Below the pieces are notes generated by a model. It did not search any database. It was not told where the DNA came from and saw nothing but the letters and a program-made list of their open reading frames with translations. Below, one piece after another: positions 25,801 through 35,486 of a stretch of DNA of 52,652 nucleotides (position 1 is its first letter; each line of letters starts with the position of its first letter). The position numbers and the translations under genes were made by a program. Location: the NCBI GenBank assembly GCA_021844025.1, contig JAKBUF010000001.1, forward strand, positions 1 through 52,652. Direction: 5' to 3'. This stretch comes from a bacterium. Lineage in GTDB: Bacteria; Patescibacteriota; Minisyncoccia; UBA6257; JAGOQP01.

Positions 25801-27309
25801 TTAAATAATTACCTCTATTCTCGGGAACAACTTTATGTTTTCTTTAATTTTTATCTCTTTTCCTTTTAGGTCTAGATTCTTAACTATCTTTTTTGAGGTC
25901 TCGGGCATGAATGGTTCTAATAATACCCCCACACTATTTACTAAAACCAATAAATTAAATAATACTTTTTCATTTTCTATTGCTGGATTTTCTGTTGACC
26001 AAGGTTTTTTATCATTAATATAAGAATCGGCAAACGCAATAAGCGACCACAACTCTGCGAGTGCGTCGTTAAACCGAAACGCCTGCATAGCTTCATCTAT
26101 TGATTTCTGGATGGTCTTTATTTTTTGTTCTACTCCCAAATCCATCATTTTGAAATCGCTCGCGATTGGTTTGTGAAATTTTAGTGCAACGCCAGTTACT
26201 CGAGCAACTAAGTTTCCTAGTCCATTCGCAAGATCAGCATTATAACGTTCAACAAATCGTTGACGTGAATAATCGCCATCTTGCGTGGGAGAAATTTCGC
26301 GCAGGAAATAATACCGGACTGAATCGGTACCAAATTCTTGTACTACATCTTGGGGGTATACCACATTCCCCAGTGATTTTGACATTTTTTGACCCTCGCT
26401 ATTAATAAATCCGTGCACAAATAACTTCTTAGGAAGTGGCAGTTGGGCGCTCAAAAGCATAGCGGGCCAAATAGCAGCATGGAATCGTAGAATGTCTTTC
26501 CCAATGACCTGTACATCGGCCGGCCACCATTTCTTAAAAGTTTCTGTATCGCGTCCGTACCCGATACCTGACAAATAGTTGGTGAGCGCATCTGCCCATA
26601 CATACATTGTTTGCCCACTATCTCCCGGGACGGGTATGCCCCACGGCAATTTATCTGATGCGCGTGAGAAACTCACATCATCAAGTCCCTGATCAATGAG
26701 TGCCAGAATTTCATTTGCCCGGGTTTCGGGAATAATTTCAAATTCTTTTGATTTTATTTTTTGCCTGAGTGTTTTAGTATATGCCGATAGTCTAAAAAAA
26801 TAATTTTCTTCCTCTATGAGTTCTGGCTCTCGTAGGTGAATGGGGCATTTCCCTTCCACTAAATCCTTTTCTGTTAAAAATGTTTCACAACCCGTGCAAT
26901 ATAACCCTCGATATGTACGCTTATACAGATCGCCCGCCTGTTCCAATGCCTTCCACATTTTTATAACTCCTGGCCAATGTTTTTTTTGATCAGTGGTACG
27001 AATGAATTCATTCCACGAAAGATTAAGGAGTTTTTTTAATTCTTTAAATGCCTTACTGTTGGCGTCTGCAAATTTTTTTACCAAAATTCCCTGTTGTTGC
27101 GCGGTCTTATATACCTTGGTGCCGTGCTCATCGGTTCCGGTAAGAAAAAAAACGCTCTTTCCTTGGAGGTGCGCGTACCGAGCAATCACATCTGCTTGAA
27201 TTTTTTCCAACATATGCCCAATGTGTGGCACGCTGTTGGTATAATCAATAGCAGTGGTTACGTAAAATTTTTCTTTTGGTTGTTTCCCCATCGGTATATT
27301 ATGCTTCAC
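25801..27309 (-). CDS. metG: Methionine--tRNA ligase
   Basis: HIGH-type motif (PHIGHML), KMSKS, and Zn knuckle cysteines (CTGCETF...CPIH). Confidence 0.95.
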   Translation of the reverse strand: MKHNIPMGKQPKEKFYVTTAIDYTNSVPHIGHMLEKIQADVIARYAHLQGKSVFFLTGTDEHGTKVYKTAQQQGILVKKFADANSKAFKELKKLLNLSWNEFIRTTDQKKHWPGVIKMWKALEQAGDLYKRTYRGLYCTGCETFLTEKDLVEGKCPIHLREPELIEEENYFFRLSAYTKTLRQKIKSKEFEIIPETRANEILALIDQGLDDVSFSRASDKLPWGIPVPGDSGQTMYVWADALTNYLSGIGYGRDTETFKKWWPADVQVIGKDILRFHAAIWPAMLLSAQLPLPKKLFVHGFINSEGQKMSKSLGNVVYPQDVVQEFGTDSVRYYFLREISPTQDGDYSRQRFVERYNADLANGLGNLVARVTGVALKFHKPIASDFKMMDLGVEQKIKTIQKSIDEAMQAFRFNDALAELWSLIAFADSYINDKKPWSTENPAIENEKVLFNLLVLVNSVGVLLEPFMPETSKKIVKNLDLKGKEIKIKENIKLFPRIEVII

Positions 27310-28318
27310 TATTTGTTATTCCTCTCTTCTTTACTGACCAATCATCCATAACTTCCTGAATAATAATTGCCACCGGAATCGCTAAAATAGCACCAATTAA
27401 GCCATCAATTTGTGACCCAGCTAGAATAGCTAATACCACCACCACCGGATCAATGCCCACCACTCTTCCCACAATGAGTGGAACTAGTACATGATTTTCA
27501 ATCTGATGAATTACAATGAACAAAATTATTGCGGCAATAGCTAGCGACGCTGATTGTGGTGCAATCATAATAAATGCCACGATACCGGTTGCGATTGGAC
27601 CTGCATAAGGCACAATTTCCAAAAGTGCCGCTAGAATTCCTATAATAAGCGCATAATCTGTTCCCAAGAGTAATAACCCCGCAAACGTCATAGCGCCAAT
27701 AATAACACTCAAGATTACTTGGCTGGTGAACCATCGCCCAAGTTTGTGTTGCGTGCGCCGATACAAACCAATCACATATGATTCCCTATCGATCGGCACC
27801 ATGTCGCGGATAAATCGTTCAATAGAACCTTTACTAATAGATAGATACAGTGACAACACAATCACCACAAACACAAGCACGGTATTCCCCACTACCGACC
27901 CTAACACATTTAGAATATTTGAACCTCCGTAAAAGAAGCTTCCTATCCAGTCGCTAATTGCCTGATCGAGGTTGGTAAGCACCTGAGAACCACCCATATT
28001 TTCTAGAAACGGAATATGTATACTTGAAATACTGCTCATTACATGCTTCATTTGAATAAGTATGATCGGAACAATAGCATATAGAATTAGTCCAATAATC
28101 GCGACGGCAATCAGTAAAATCATTAACACACTCAAAATACGCGGAATGTGTTTTGATTCCAAATAGTCAACGGGGCGACGTAGAGCTGATGAAATAATAA
28201 GCGCAATAAATGCAACTACAAATACATCGCGTGCGTAGTATGCCGCAATCAACAAAACACCCGCAATAACCACGCGCCACAATGAAACCCACGATATATC
28301 AAAACGTTTAACCTCCAT
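27299..28318 (-). CDS. AI-2E family transporter (PerM/UPF0118)
   Basis: 339 aa with about 8 TM helices and the C-terminal motif IPYAGP...ENHVLVP typical of the family. Confidence 0.75.
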   Translation of the reverse strand: MEVKRFDISWVSLWRVVIAGVLLIAAYYARDVFVVAFIALIISSALRRPVDYLESKHIPRILSVLMILLIAVAIIGLILYAIVPIILIQMKHVMSSISSIHIPFLENMGGSQVLTNLDQAISDWIGSFFYGGSNILNVLGSVVGNTVLVFVVIVLSLYLSISKGSIERFIRDMVPIDRESYVIGLYRRTQHKLGRWFTSQVILSVIIGAMTFAGLLLLGTDYALIIGILAALLEIVPYAGPIATGIVAFIMIAPQSASLAIAAIILFIVIHQIENHVLVPLIVGRVVGIDPVVVVLAILAGSQIDGLIGAILAIPVAIIIQEVMDDWSVKKRGITNSEA

Positions 28319-28394
28319 AATTACCTACATCATACTACAAAAATACCCAAGTGCAAAATATCAAAGAGGATACCCTGGTGTAGCAAAAAGATGT

Positions 28395-29711
28395 TTATAT
28401 ACCCAGAAGTTTCTTGAACTTTTTTTCTTCGTTTTTCTTATATGGTCCAATAATCGAAAATCGCATAGTTTTGGGGTTTAAAAAGTCCCTTGCTGCCTTT
28501 TGCACGTCGTGCGGAGTAACTTCTTTTATTTTTTTAATCATCTGTTGGGGTGTTTCCGTGGTCCCTAAAACTGTTTCTTGCTGTCCGTAATAGAATCCTA
28601 AATCACTTGAGGACTCCAATGATAACTGAAAGGTACCAATCGCATAATCCTGGGCCCGTTTTAATTCTTTTGAAGATACCCCTTGTGTAATAATCTTTTG
28701 TATTTCTTCTTTAATTCCCCGCAACGCTTTCTCTAGTTTTGTGTGAGCCACTCCCGCGGATATATCCAAATATCCGTGGGTTGCGTGCATAGTATTTCCT
28801 GCTCCCACGTAGTATGCAGCCCCCAACTCTTCACGAACCCGTTGAAATAGGCGGGAACTCATACCTCCTCCCAATACCCTTGCAAGCATGGAAAGGTGTG
28901 CTTTTCGTTTATGGAAAATGGGTAACCCATAAAATCCAAGGGCTAAATGAGTTTGATCTAGTTCACGTTCAATAATTGAGATTTGTTCTCCTTGTTTACC
29001 TTTAATAAGTGCCGATGCCCGAGGCGATGATTTTCCAAGTCCCATTTTATTAAATGAACGCTGTATTAACTGATATGCTTTTTGCATATCATATGCCCCC
29101 GCAACAACTACAACGGTATTATGTGGAGTATAATGCTTTGTACGATACTGTATAAATGTATCCCGGTTCATGCGCATAACACGCTCTGGTGTTCCTGCAA
29201 TATTCCAGCCAGCTGGTTGATCTCCATATAATGCTTTTTCAAGTTCTTCTCCCACCTTAGACTGGGGGTCATCATCATACATATGTATTTCTTCAATAAT
29301 AACCCCCTTCTCTTTCTCCATTTCTTCTTTACTAATCTGAGGGGTTAAATATAAATCAAAAATCACTTCGGCAGCTCGTTTAAAATGTCGCGGAGATACT
29401 TTTGCATAGTACCCCGTGAGATCGCGGGCAGTGAATGCATTGTACAATGCACCCATTTGCTCCAATTCGGTTGCAATGTCCATTGGTCGAGGGAATTTTT
29501 GAGTTCCCTTAAAACACATGTGCTCCAAAAAATGTGAGATACCATTATTGTGTTTGTCTTCGTACGACGACCCAGCTCTTACAAAAACCGCAACCGTTAC
29601 CGATGCGCTTTGTGGCATGGGAAGTAATAGTACCCGGAGTCCATTTTTAAGTTTTTTAACAATTGGTTTTTGAACAATCATGTGTGTTATATGCGGACTA
29701 TTATTGCACAC
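28395..29711 (-). CDS. M16-family (pitrilysin/insulinase-like) zinc peptidase
   Basis: Inverted zinc motif HFLEHMCFKGT. The probable start is ATG 29681 (MIVQKP...). Confidence 0.85.
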   Translation of the reverse strand: MCNNSPHITHMIVQKPIVKKLKNGLRVLLLPMPQSASVTVAVFVRAGSSYEDKHNNGISHFLEHMCFKGTQKFPRPMDIATELEQMGALYNAFTARDLTGYYAKVSPRHFKRAAEVIFDLYLTPQISKEEMEKEKGVIIEEIHMYDDDPQSKVGEELEKALYGDQPAGWNIAGTPERVMRMNRDTFIQYRTKHYTPHNTVVVVAGAYDMQKAYQLIQRSFNKMGLGKSSPRASALIKGKQGEQISIIERELDQTHLALGFYGLPIFHKRKAHLSMLARVLGGGMSSRLFQRVREELGAAYYVGAGNTMHATHGYLDISAGVAHTKLEKALRGIKEEIQKIITQGVSSKELKRAQDYAIGTFQLSLESSSDLGFYYGQQETVLGTTETPQQMIKKIKEVTPHDVQKAARDFLNPKTMRFSIIGPYKKNEEKKFKKLLGI

Positions 29712-29757
29712 TTTTCTTTGGAAATAAAAGTTGGGTTTAGTGGGTTATTTTGTTATG

Positions 29758-29789
29758 CATCACAATCGCCGCCATGGCGGCGATTGTGA
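29758..29789. terminator. 32-nt perfect palindromic hairpin
   Basis: atcacaatcgccgccatggcggcgattgtgat, followed on the plus strand by acatttgtttttt. It lies downstream of the 29837-30115 ORF. Confidence 0.45.
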
Positions 29790-29836
29790 TACATTTGTTT
29801 TTTAATAAAACAATAATAAAAATACGTCCCGTTTTT

Positions 29837-30115
29837 TCAAACTGGGACGCGAATAATTGGACCACCAGTCCGTCTATAAAGAGTGATAAACCTCAAACCC
29901 CCTTTCTTTATTACCACTCCGGCTGCATGGGTCTGTAAACTTCTACTAAAGTTTAGATTACTATCGGAAGCTAACGGCAGAATATTTTTTACTAAAAACT
30001 TATCCACAATCAGCTCCATTTTACTTCCACTACTAATTCTAGAAGGATCTATGGTGGGAAGATTATTATTCACACCATCTGTTATTACAATAACACGATC
30101 ATTAATGCTCAACAT
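29837..30115 (-). CDS. Hypothetical small protein (92 aa)
   Basis: ATG 30115 is preceded by GGAGGA 4 nt upstream. The longer TTG 30238 start would abut the glyQS stop. Confidence 0.4.
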   Translation of the reverse strand: MLSINDRVIVITDGVNNNLPTIDPSRISSGSKMELIVDKFLVKNILPLASDSNLNFSRSLQTHAAGVVIKKGGLRFITLYRRTGGPIIRVPV

Positions 30116-30248
30116 ACATCCTCCATTAATTATTGGGTTGCTTCTGTTTATATAGCACATATAAAAACAAAAAAGCAAGCACTGTTTCGCTCGCTTTTTT
30201 ACTTGTTTATTCAGATATCGTATGCCACACTTTCTCAAATTGCCAACT

Positions 30249-31556
30249 TTATTCTCTTAATTTTTCTTCTAAAAACTTTCGCGCTTCTGCAATGACAATA
30301 CGTTCTTGTTTCATAGTGTTGCGATCACGTACGGTAATGGTGTTATCTTGCAGCGTTTGAAAATCAACCGTAAAACAATACGGGGTACCGATTTCATCTT
30401 GTCGACGATACCTCTTACCAATGTTTCCACTTTTATCAAATGCGATCGGGAAAAATCCGGGCCACGCACCCTGTAATTCCTTTCGTACTTCCTGCGCTTT
30501 TTCTATTAATTCCGGTTTATTGGAAAGTAACGGAAATACCGCGGCGCGATACGGAGCTATGCGCATGGGCAAATTGAGCCACGTTCGTTTTTCTCCTTCA
30601 ATTTCATCTTCCTGATATGCGCTTGCTAGTACCGCAAGCACGCTCCGTTCAACTCCAAAACTTGGTTCAATAACATGAGGCACTACGCGTTCTTTTGTTT
30701 CTTCATTAAAATATTCTTGTTTATGATTCGTGAGATCAAAATCTCCTCGGTATGCCAGTCCATATAATTCTTTGCGGCCAAATGGAAAATCAAACTCAAT
30801 ATCTATTGTGCGTTTTGAGTAATGAGCAAGTTCTTCTTTAGGAACTTCTAAGTCGTGGGTTTTGTTTTGATCAATACCAATTTTTTTCATCCATGCTTTC
30901 ATAGCAGCAAGCCACTGTTCAAAATATACGTTCCAATCATCTCCCGGTTTAATAAAATACTCTATTTCCATTTGCTCAAATTCCCGAGTACGAAAAATGA
31001 AATTTCCGGGCGTGATTTCGTTGCGAAATGCTTTTCCAATTTGCGCAATACCAAATGGCAGCTTTGGTGAATAGGTATCTACGATCTGTTTAAAATCCAC
31101 AAACATGGCCTGTGCAGTTTCGGGGCGAAAATACACAATATTCGCGTCTTCCTCAGCAGGACCCAAGAAGGTTTTAAGCATTAGATTGAACTGTTGTGGT
31201 TGAGTAAATTCTTGTTTACCACATGAGGGACACTTTTTTTCCGGGGGTAGTTGGTCTTCGCGAAATCGTTCGTGGCAATTTTTACACTCAATTAATGGGT
31301 CAGAAAAAGTGCTTTCGTGTCCACTTGCTTGCCACACCTTACGATTCATAAGAAGCGCCGCATCTAAGCCATACATATCATCTCGCTCTTCCACAAATGT
31401 CTGCCACCACGAACGCTTAATATTATTTTTAAGAGCAACCCCCAAAGGCCCAAAATCCCACGCATTTGCGAGTCCTCCGTATATTTCGGAACCTGGAAAA
31501 ATAAAACCTCTTCGTTTACAAAGAGAAATAAGCTGATCCATTGAGACGTTGTTCAT
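30249..31556 (-). CDS. glyQS: Glycine--tRNA ligase (homodimeric class II type)
   Basis: Full-length similarity to GlyQS: class II motifs, FRNEITPGNFIFRTREFEQMEIE, and an anticodon-binding C-terminus. Confidence 0.93.
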   Translation of the reverse strand: MNNVSMDQLISLCKRRGFIFPGSEIYGGLANAWDFGPLGVALKNNIKRSWWQTFVEERDDMYGLDAALLMNRKVWQASGHESTFSDPLIECKNCHERFREDQLPPEKKCPSCGKQEFTQPQQFNLMLKTFLGPAEEDANIVYFRPETAQAMFVDFKQIVDTYSPKLPFGIAQIGKAFRNEITPGNFIFRTREFEQMEIEYFIKPGDDWNVYFEQWLAAMKAWMKKIGIDQNKTHDLEVPKEELAHYSKRTIDIEFDFPFGRKELYGLAYRGDFDLTNHKQEYFNEETKERVVPHVIEPSFGVERSVLAVLASAYQEDEIEGEKRTWLNLPMRIAPYRAAVFPLLSNKPELIEKAQEVRKELQGAWPGFFPIAFDKSGNIGKRYRRQDEIGTPYCFTVDFQTLQDNTITVRDRNTMKQERIVIAEARKFLEEKLRE

Positions 31557-31603
31557 AGAAATAATATGTTGAATTGTAGCGCAAACAGCATAAAAAATAA
31601 AAT

Positions 31604-31668
31604 CGGGTAGCGAAGTTTATTTGCCGCTTGAGCGGCTATTCACGAAGTGCATAAACTTCTGCTACTCG
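31604..31668. repeat. TIR-hairpin repeat family copy
   Basis: cgggtagcgaagtttat...cacgaagtgcataaacttctgctactcg. Confidence 0.6.
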
Positions 31669-31714
31669 ATAAAAAAAGTCCCGGGGAGAAACCTTTTTTA
31701 TTTATTATATACTG

Positions 31715-33628
31715 TTACTGAGTGGGTAGAACTCGGTAATACCCTTCGGGCAATCCTGTTCCGGTGATTTGGCGAGAAATAATTGCAGGAGCAGTTACCG
31801 AAGTTTGTTTTTGAGATAATGTTTCGGTTGTGTTTAGTTGTGCCTGAGAAATAAGGTCAAAGGTATTTTGCGCATATTGAGCCGACGGAGTAAATGCTAT
31901 TTGAAACACGAGTTGGGGGAGTTGCTGCGCCATAGCCGCGGTAGATAGCGCTGGAATTTTCCATGTAATTTGCTGCGTGCGATCATTATATGAAGGAGTT
32001 GCGTCGGTCCCCAGTACTTTTATTTTACCCGTCCAAGATACACCGGGCGCCAAGGTAGCAGTTACCACAGTATTTGAAAAATCACCCAACCCTGAAAGGT
32101 TCCAGTGTACCGTAAACTGAGTTTCTTTCCCCACCTGCGCAGGAAATGGTCCGTTGTTTTTTATATCGGTTGATGGCTCATTATAATAGACACTTTGCGC
32201 AAAACCGAGCACTCCCCCAATACGAGACTCTACCTGCCCAATGCCAATGGTTTCTTTTGCGGTCACATTTGGCGCGACCGTAGGAGATGTTGCTTGTGCT
32301 CGAATTTTTACCGAACCATTTTGAATCATTGCGGTGGTTGGGTTGGTTTTTAACATAATAGTAAAAGAAATATCAGTTGTGGCATGGGGGGCAAGTTCTT
32401 GTAGATCTTTTATCTGCGCTGCGGTCCATGTATATGAATGTGTTGCGTCGTTTAAGAATCCCGCTCCCTGAATGGAGGTGGTATCAAACAAATCACCATC
32501 AAATATTACTTTTGCGATTACACCTTGTAGAGGGGTGTCTCCGGTATTTTGTACATGAACCGTATAAGTAAGCTTACTTCCCGCGTACACCACATCGGGG
32601 TTTCCTTGCGCGTTATTACGCGTAATACTAACCGCGAGTGGAGAGGGTAAAATAGAAATAGAAACTGTTTTTTGCGCAAGCGTTATTGGAGTTTGCCCGA
32701 CCAGGGTGCGCGCCTCCACACCAGTCGTAAAATATGAATATTCTTTTCCAACCATATACCCCGATACAATGGCCTCTCCCGTTCCGTGCGCGGGAATAGT
32801 GGGTATAGCCATTTCTGTGTTTGAGTTGAGGGGTGTATCGCTACCGGTTACTTGAAACCCTTGCGGGAATGAGAACGCAAGTGTGGTGCTCGCAAGCACA
32901 TGATCGCTATTGTTTTGGTATCGTACATCTACATTAAACTCTTCACCATTAAGCGTTTTTTCGGGGGCAGATACATCTAATCCCAATACTGAGTCCTGCG
33001 CCACCACCGTAACCGTGGTGTCTTTTTCAAACCTATTTGAGAAAGAAGATGATTCATATCCGTATGAAACACCTGCTTGTAATGCGTACGATTGTTGCGC
33101 CTTACCCGTAACGAGTAATTGATATTCTAGCTGCACTGTTTCCTGGGGGCTCAGGTCGTGTATAGTTGATTGCGCGGTTCGTTTAGCGGTATCGTCAGAA
33201 AACGCTACCCCATCGGGAAGAGCTAGGGACACAACGGGAGCTACTAATTTTTTATTTGAAATATTTTCAAAAGAGACTCGTGCCGTAAATACTTCTCCCA
33301 CTAACACATGGTCAGGAACAGTAAGGGTAATAGAAACATCTTTTGTGGTGAAATATTGGTATAGATAATACGTTGCAATCGCGGCTAGTACAACTAACAA
33401 AACCGCTCCCAACCAAATAAGAATTTTGCCCACCTTACCTCCGGTCGCCGCGACCTGAGACACTTCTTCAAATGATTGGTGTGTTGGTTTTTTATTTTGT
33501 TCGGTCCCCCAGGGATCAAGCGCTGGCCGGGGAGCCGAAGATGTTTGTGGAGACGCTTCGGTCTGGCGTTGACGCGATTTAGCGGTACGTTGACCGTATA
33601 ATTCTTTTTCGAGATCTTCTAGAGACAT
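31715..33628 (-). CDS. Large membrane-anchored extracytoplasmic protein with repeated beta-sandwich (DUF11/CARDB-like) segments
   Basis: Probable start ATG 33628 (MSLEDLEKELY), because upstream codons translate repeat DNA. It has one TM helix (ILIWLGAVLLVVLAAIATYYLY) followed by T/V/S-rich repeated segments. Confidence 0.5.
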   Translation of the reverse strand: MSLEDLEKELYGQRTAKSRQRQTEASPQTSSAPRPALDPWGTEQNKKPTHQSFEEVSQVAATGGKVGKILIWLGAVLLVVLAAIATYYLYQYFTTKDVSITLTVPDHVLVGEVFTARVSFENISNKKLVAPVVSLALPDGVAFSDDTAKRTAQSTIHDLSPQETVQLEYQLLVTGKAQQSYALQAGVSYGYESSSFSNRFEKDTTVTVVAQDSVLGLDVSAPEKTLNGEEFNVDVRYQNNSDHVLASTTLAFSFPQGFQVTGSDTPLNSNTEMAIPTIPAHGTGEAIVSGYMVGKEYSYFTTGVEARTLVGQTPITLAQKTVSISILPSPLAVSITRNNAQGNPDVVYAGSKLTYTVHVQNTGDTPLQGVIAKVIFDGDLFDTTSIQGAGFLNDATHSYTWTAAQIKDLQELAPHATTDISFTIMLKTNPTTAMIQNGSVKIRAQATSPTVAPNVTAKETIGIGQVESRIGGVLGFAQSVYYNEPSTDIKNNGPFPAQVGKETQFTVHWNLSGLGDFSNTVVTATLAPGVSWTGKIKVLGTDATPSYNDRTQQITWKIPALSTAAMAQQLPQLVFQIAFTPSAQYAQNTFDLISQAQLNTTETLSQKQTSVTAPAIISRQITGTGLPEGYYRVLPTQ

Positions 33629-33637
33629 AGGTATTAG

Positions 33638-33775
33638 AAAATTTACAATTATCAATTTCCAATTTCCCCCGCCTACGGGCAGACAGGATTCGATATTCAA
33701 TGAATCAATTTGAATATTATATAACTGAAAATTTATTGTAAATTAATAATTGTAAATTGAAAATTATTAAGTGTA
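33638..33775. repeat. ATTGNAAATT intergenic array with embedded GC hairpin fragment
   Basis: The sequence is aaatttacaattatcaatttccaatttcccccgcctacggg...ctgaaaatttattgtaaattaataattgtaaattgaaaatt. Confidence 0.65.
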
Positions 33776-33776
33776 C

Positions 33777-34331
33777 TTATACATGTAATAGTATCTCATC
33801 TTGGGGTAATTGAGAAGCGCACGAGTCACATACAAATAGTTCCTTACGAATTACAAACCGTTTGGGAGTATTTTTTTTACACACACCACAAGTTACCTGG
33901 TCAGTATAATATCCCAACAGTTGTAATAATACATGTGCCGCGCTGGGTATGTGTTGGGGTTGTTGTAGGATTGTTTCCCATAACGACCACACACGTTTGT
34001 CTGGTTGGTTTTCTGGGGCTAGTTCCCGCACGGTGTGTACGAGTGATAAGAGGGTTGCTTTTACTTCGGTGGGAATTTGTGGCACCACTGTGTCCCATAA
34101 CGCATCCATGAGAATGTATCCGGTGGCTGTGTTCTTTTTGGGAGTTACAAAACGCACCTGAATAAACCGAAGGGGTTGAAGATATGATGCAGATTTTGAA
34201 GTTATCTTACGGGAGCTCTTTGCTCGGACTAGTATTTTTCCGTGTGTTTCAGTAAACAGATGGGCAATCACATCAGTTTCTCCCACGTCTTCTCTATCTA
34301 ATACCAGCGCTCGGGTATAAAATTCAGTCAT
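33777..34331 (-). CDS. recO: DNA repair protein RecO
   Basis: OB-fold N-terminus (YTRALVLDREDVGETDVIAHLFTETHGKILVRAKSSRK) and a C-terminal Zn motif (CGVC...CDSC). TATACT lies 7 nt before ATG 34331. Confidence 0.8.
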   Translation of the reverse strand: MTEFYTRALVLDREDVGETDVIAHLFTETHGKILVRAKSSRKITSKSASYLQPLRFIQVRFVTPKKNTATGYILMDALWDTVVPQIPTEVKATLLSLVHTVRELAPENQPDKRVWSLWETILQQPQHIPSAAHVLLQLLGYYTDQVTCGVCKKNTPKRFVIRKELFVCDSCASQLPQDEILLHV

Positions 34332-34454
34332 ACTGCCTAGTATATAGGAGTTTTGCCCCAGAAAACAGGTGGTTGGTGCTAGAACTATCAAAGCCACCGC
34401 AGCATACTCTATATAACCCAATCACCCACACCATCATAAAATCTTTTTAGTTTA

Positions 34455-34575
34455 AAACCAACTTTCGGAGCTATCTATTGCTTGGTTCTGATTTTAATCA
34501 GAAATAGATAGCGAGAACGTAGGAAGCTGGTCGCCGCTGGAGCGACCAGACTTCCGGTGGTTAGAAACCACAAAG
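34455..34575. other. Highly structured intergenic segment (three consecutive hairpins), candidate ncRNA or repeat
   Basis: The hairpins are gctatctatt...aatagatagc, ggaagctggtcgc...gcgaccagacttcc and gtggtt-agaa-aaccac. The strand is unknown. Confidence 0.25.
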
Positions 34576-34606
34576 ATTTTCCTTCAAAAACTTATCCACA
34601 CCCCAT

Positions 34607-34634
34607 TTGACTTCCCCCCTTGGGCGTGTATAAT
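34607..34634 (+). promoter_or_regulatory. Near-consensus promoter TTGACT-N16-TATAAT with a ~190-nt leader
   Basis: TTGACT at 34607-34612 and TATAAT at 34629-34634. A GAAA-tetraloop hairpin begins within a few nt of the predicted start (34644-34659). Confidence 0.5.
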
Positions 34635-34832
34635 AGGGTAAAGTCCCGCGAAAGCGGGATTTTGCGTTGTTTGTGCCTATTTTATTGGCATAAATAACGT
34701 GTTTTGGGCAGCTAAATACAAAAAAACGGCTTAAATACTATATATTTCATCTAATCCTCCTCTAAGACAGGATTAGCCAAAAAAGCCATTATTTAGCCCC
34801 GTCTATCTAAAAATACTACTAAATTCACATTT

Positions 34833-35369
34833 ATGGGTAAACGATTGGCCCTTCTAATAGCGATTATTGCCTCGGCTGTATCTTCTTTTGGAGGATTAAT
34901 CCCTCATAGCGGGCCCGAAACAAGCGCTTTTGATAGTTTTTATGCGCTTCATACACAAGCACAAGGTCTCTCTGCTACTGTTGCCGCTCATCAGAACGCC
35001 CTGGTAAACGATGACTCGGTTACCGAGGTTCCTTCTGTTGCTCCAACAGAAACAGCGGCTCAAATACAAGTTAAACCCCAACCATTAGATGTATGGGTCA
35101 CCGCATACACCAGCAGCCCCGATGAAACCGACGATACTCCTTTTATTACGGCATCTGGGAGCTTGGTACATGATGGTGTTGCGGCCACAAATTTCCTTCC
35201 CATGGGAACCCAGTTCCGTATTCCGAAGGTGTTCGGAGACAAGGTTTTTACCGTTGAAGATCGTATGAATGCTCGATATGATGGCGTTAAAATCGTTGAC
35301 GTATGGATGGGAAGTAAACAACAAGCAATTGATTTTGGAAAAGTTTCTTTAAAGATTGAATTGTTATAG
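34833..35369 (+). CDS. 3D-domain (Asp-Asp-Asp) cell-wall-active protein
   Basis: Signal/TM N-terminus followed by YTSSPDETDDTPFITASG...ATNFLPMGTQFRIP...VEDRMNARYDG..VDVWM, typical of 3D/MltA-like domains. Confidence 0.7.
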   Translation: MGKRLALLIAIIASAVSSFGGLIPHSGPETSAFDSFYALHTQAQGLSATVAAHQNALVNDDSVTEVPSVAPTETAAQIQVKPQPLDVWVTAYTSSPDETDDTPFITASGSLVHDGVAATNFLPMGTQFRIPKVFGDKVFTVEDRMNARYDGVKIVDVWMGSKQQAIDFGKVSLKIELL

Positions 35370-35412
35370 ACAGTGGCGAGTGGTTAGCATCTAGCGGTTA
35401 GTGACTGTATAT

Positions 35413-35438
35413 AAAACCCCGAAATTTTCGGGGTTTTA
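35413..35438. terminator. Bidirectional terminator between convergent genes
   Basis: aaaaccccgaaa-tt-tttcggggtttt. Confidence 0.7.
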
Positions 35439-35486
35439 TATTTATAAGCTATCCGTAACTAGCCACTAATCACCGGTCGCTAGTCA

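Noticed and set aside
34455-34575. The structured block could be SRP RNA, a c-di-AMP riboswitch or a T-box.
   Set aside because: I could not find the conserved SRP helix-8 motifs, ydaO-type conserved segments or a T-box specifier/antiterminator. It is kept only as an unclassified structured element.
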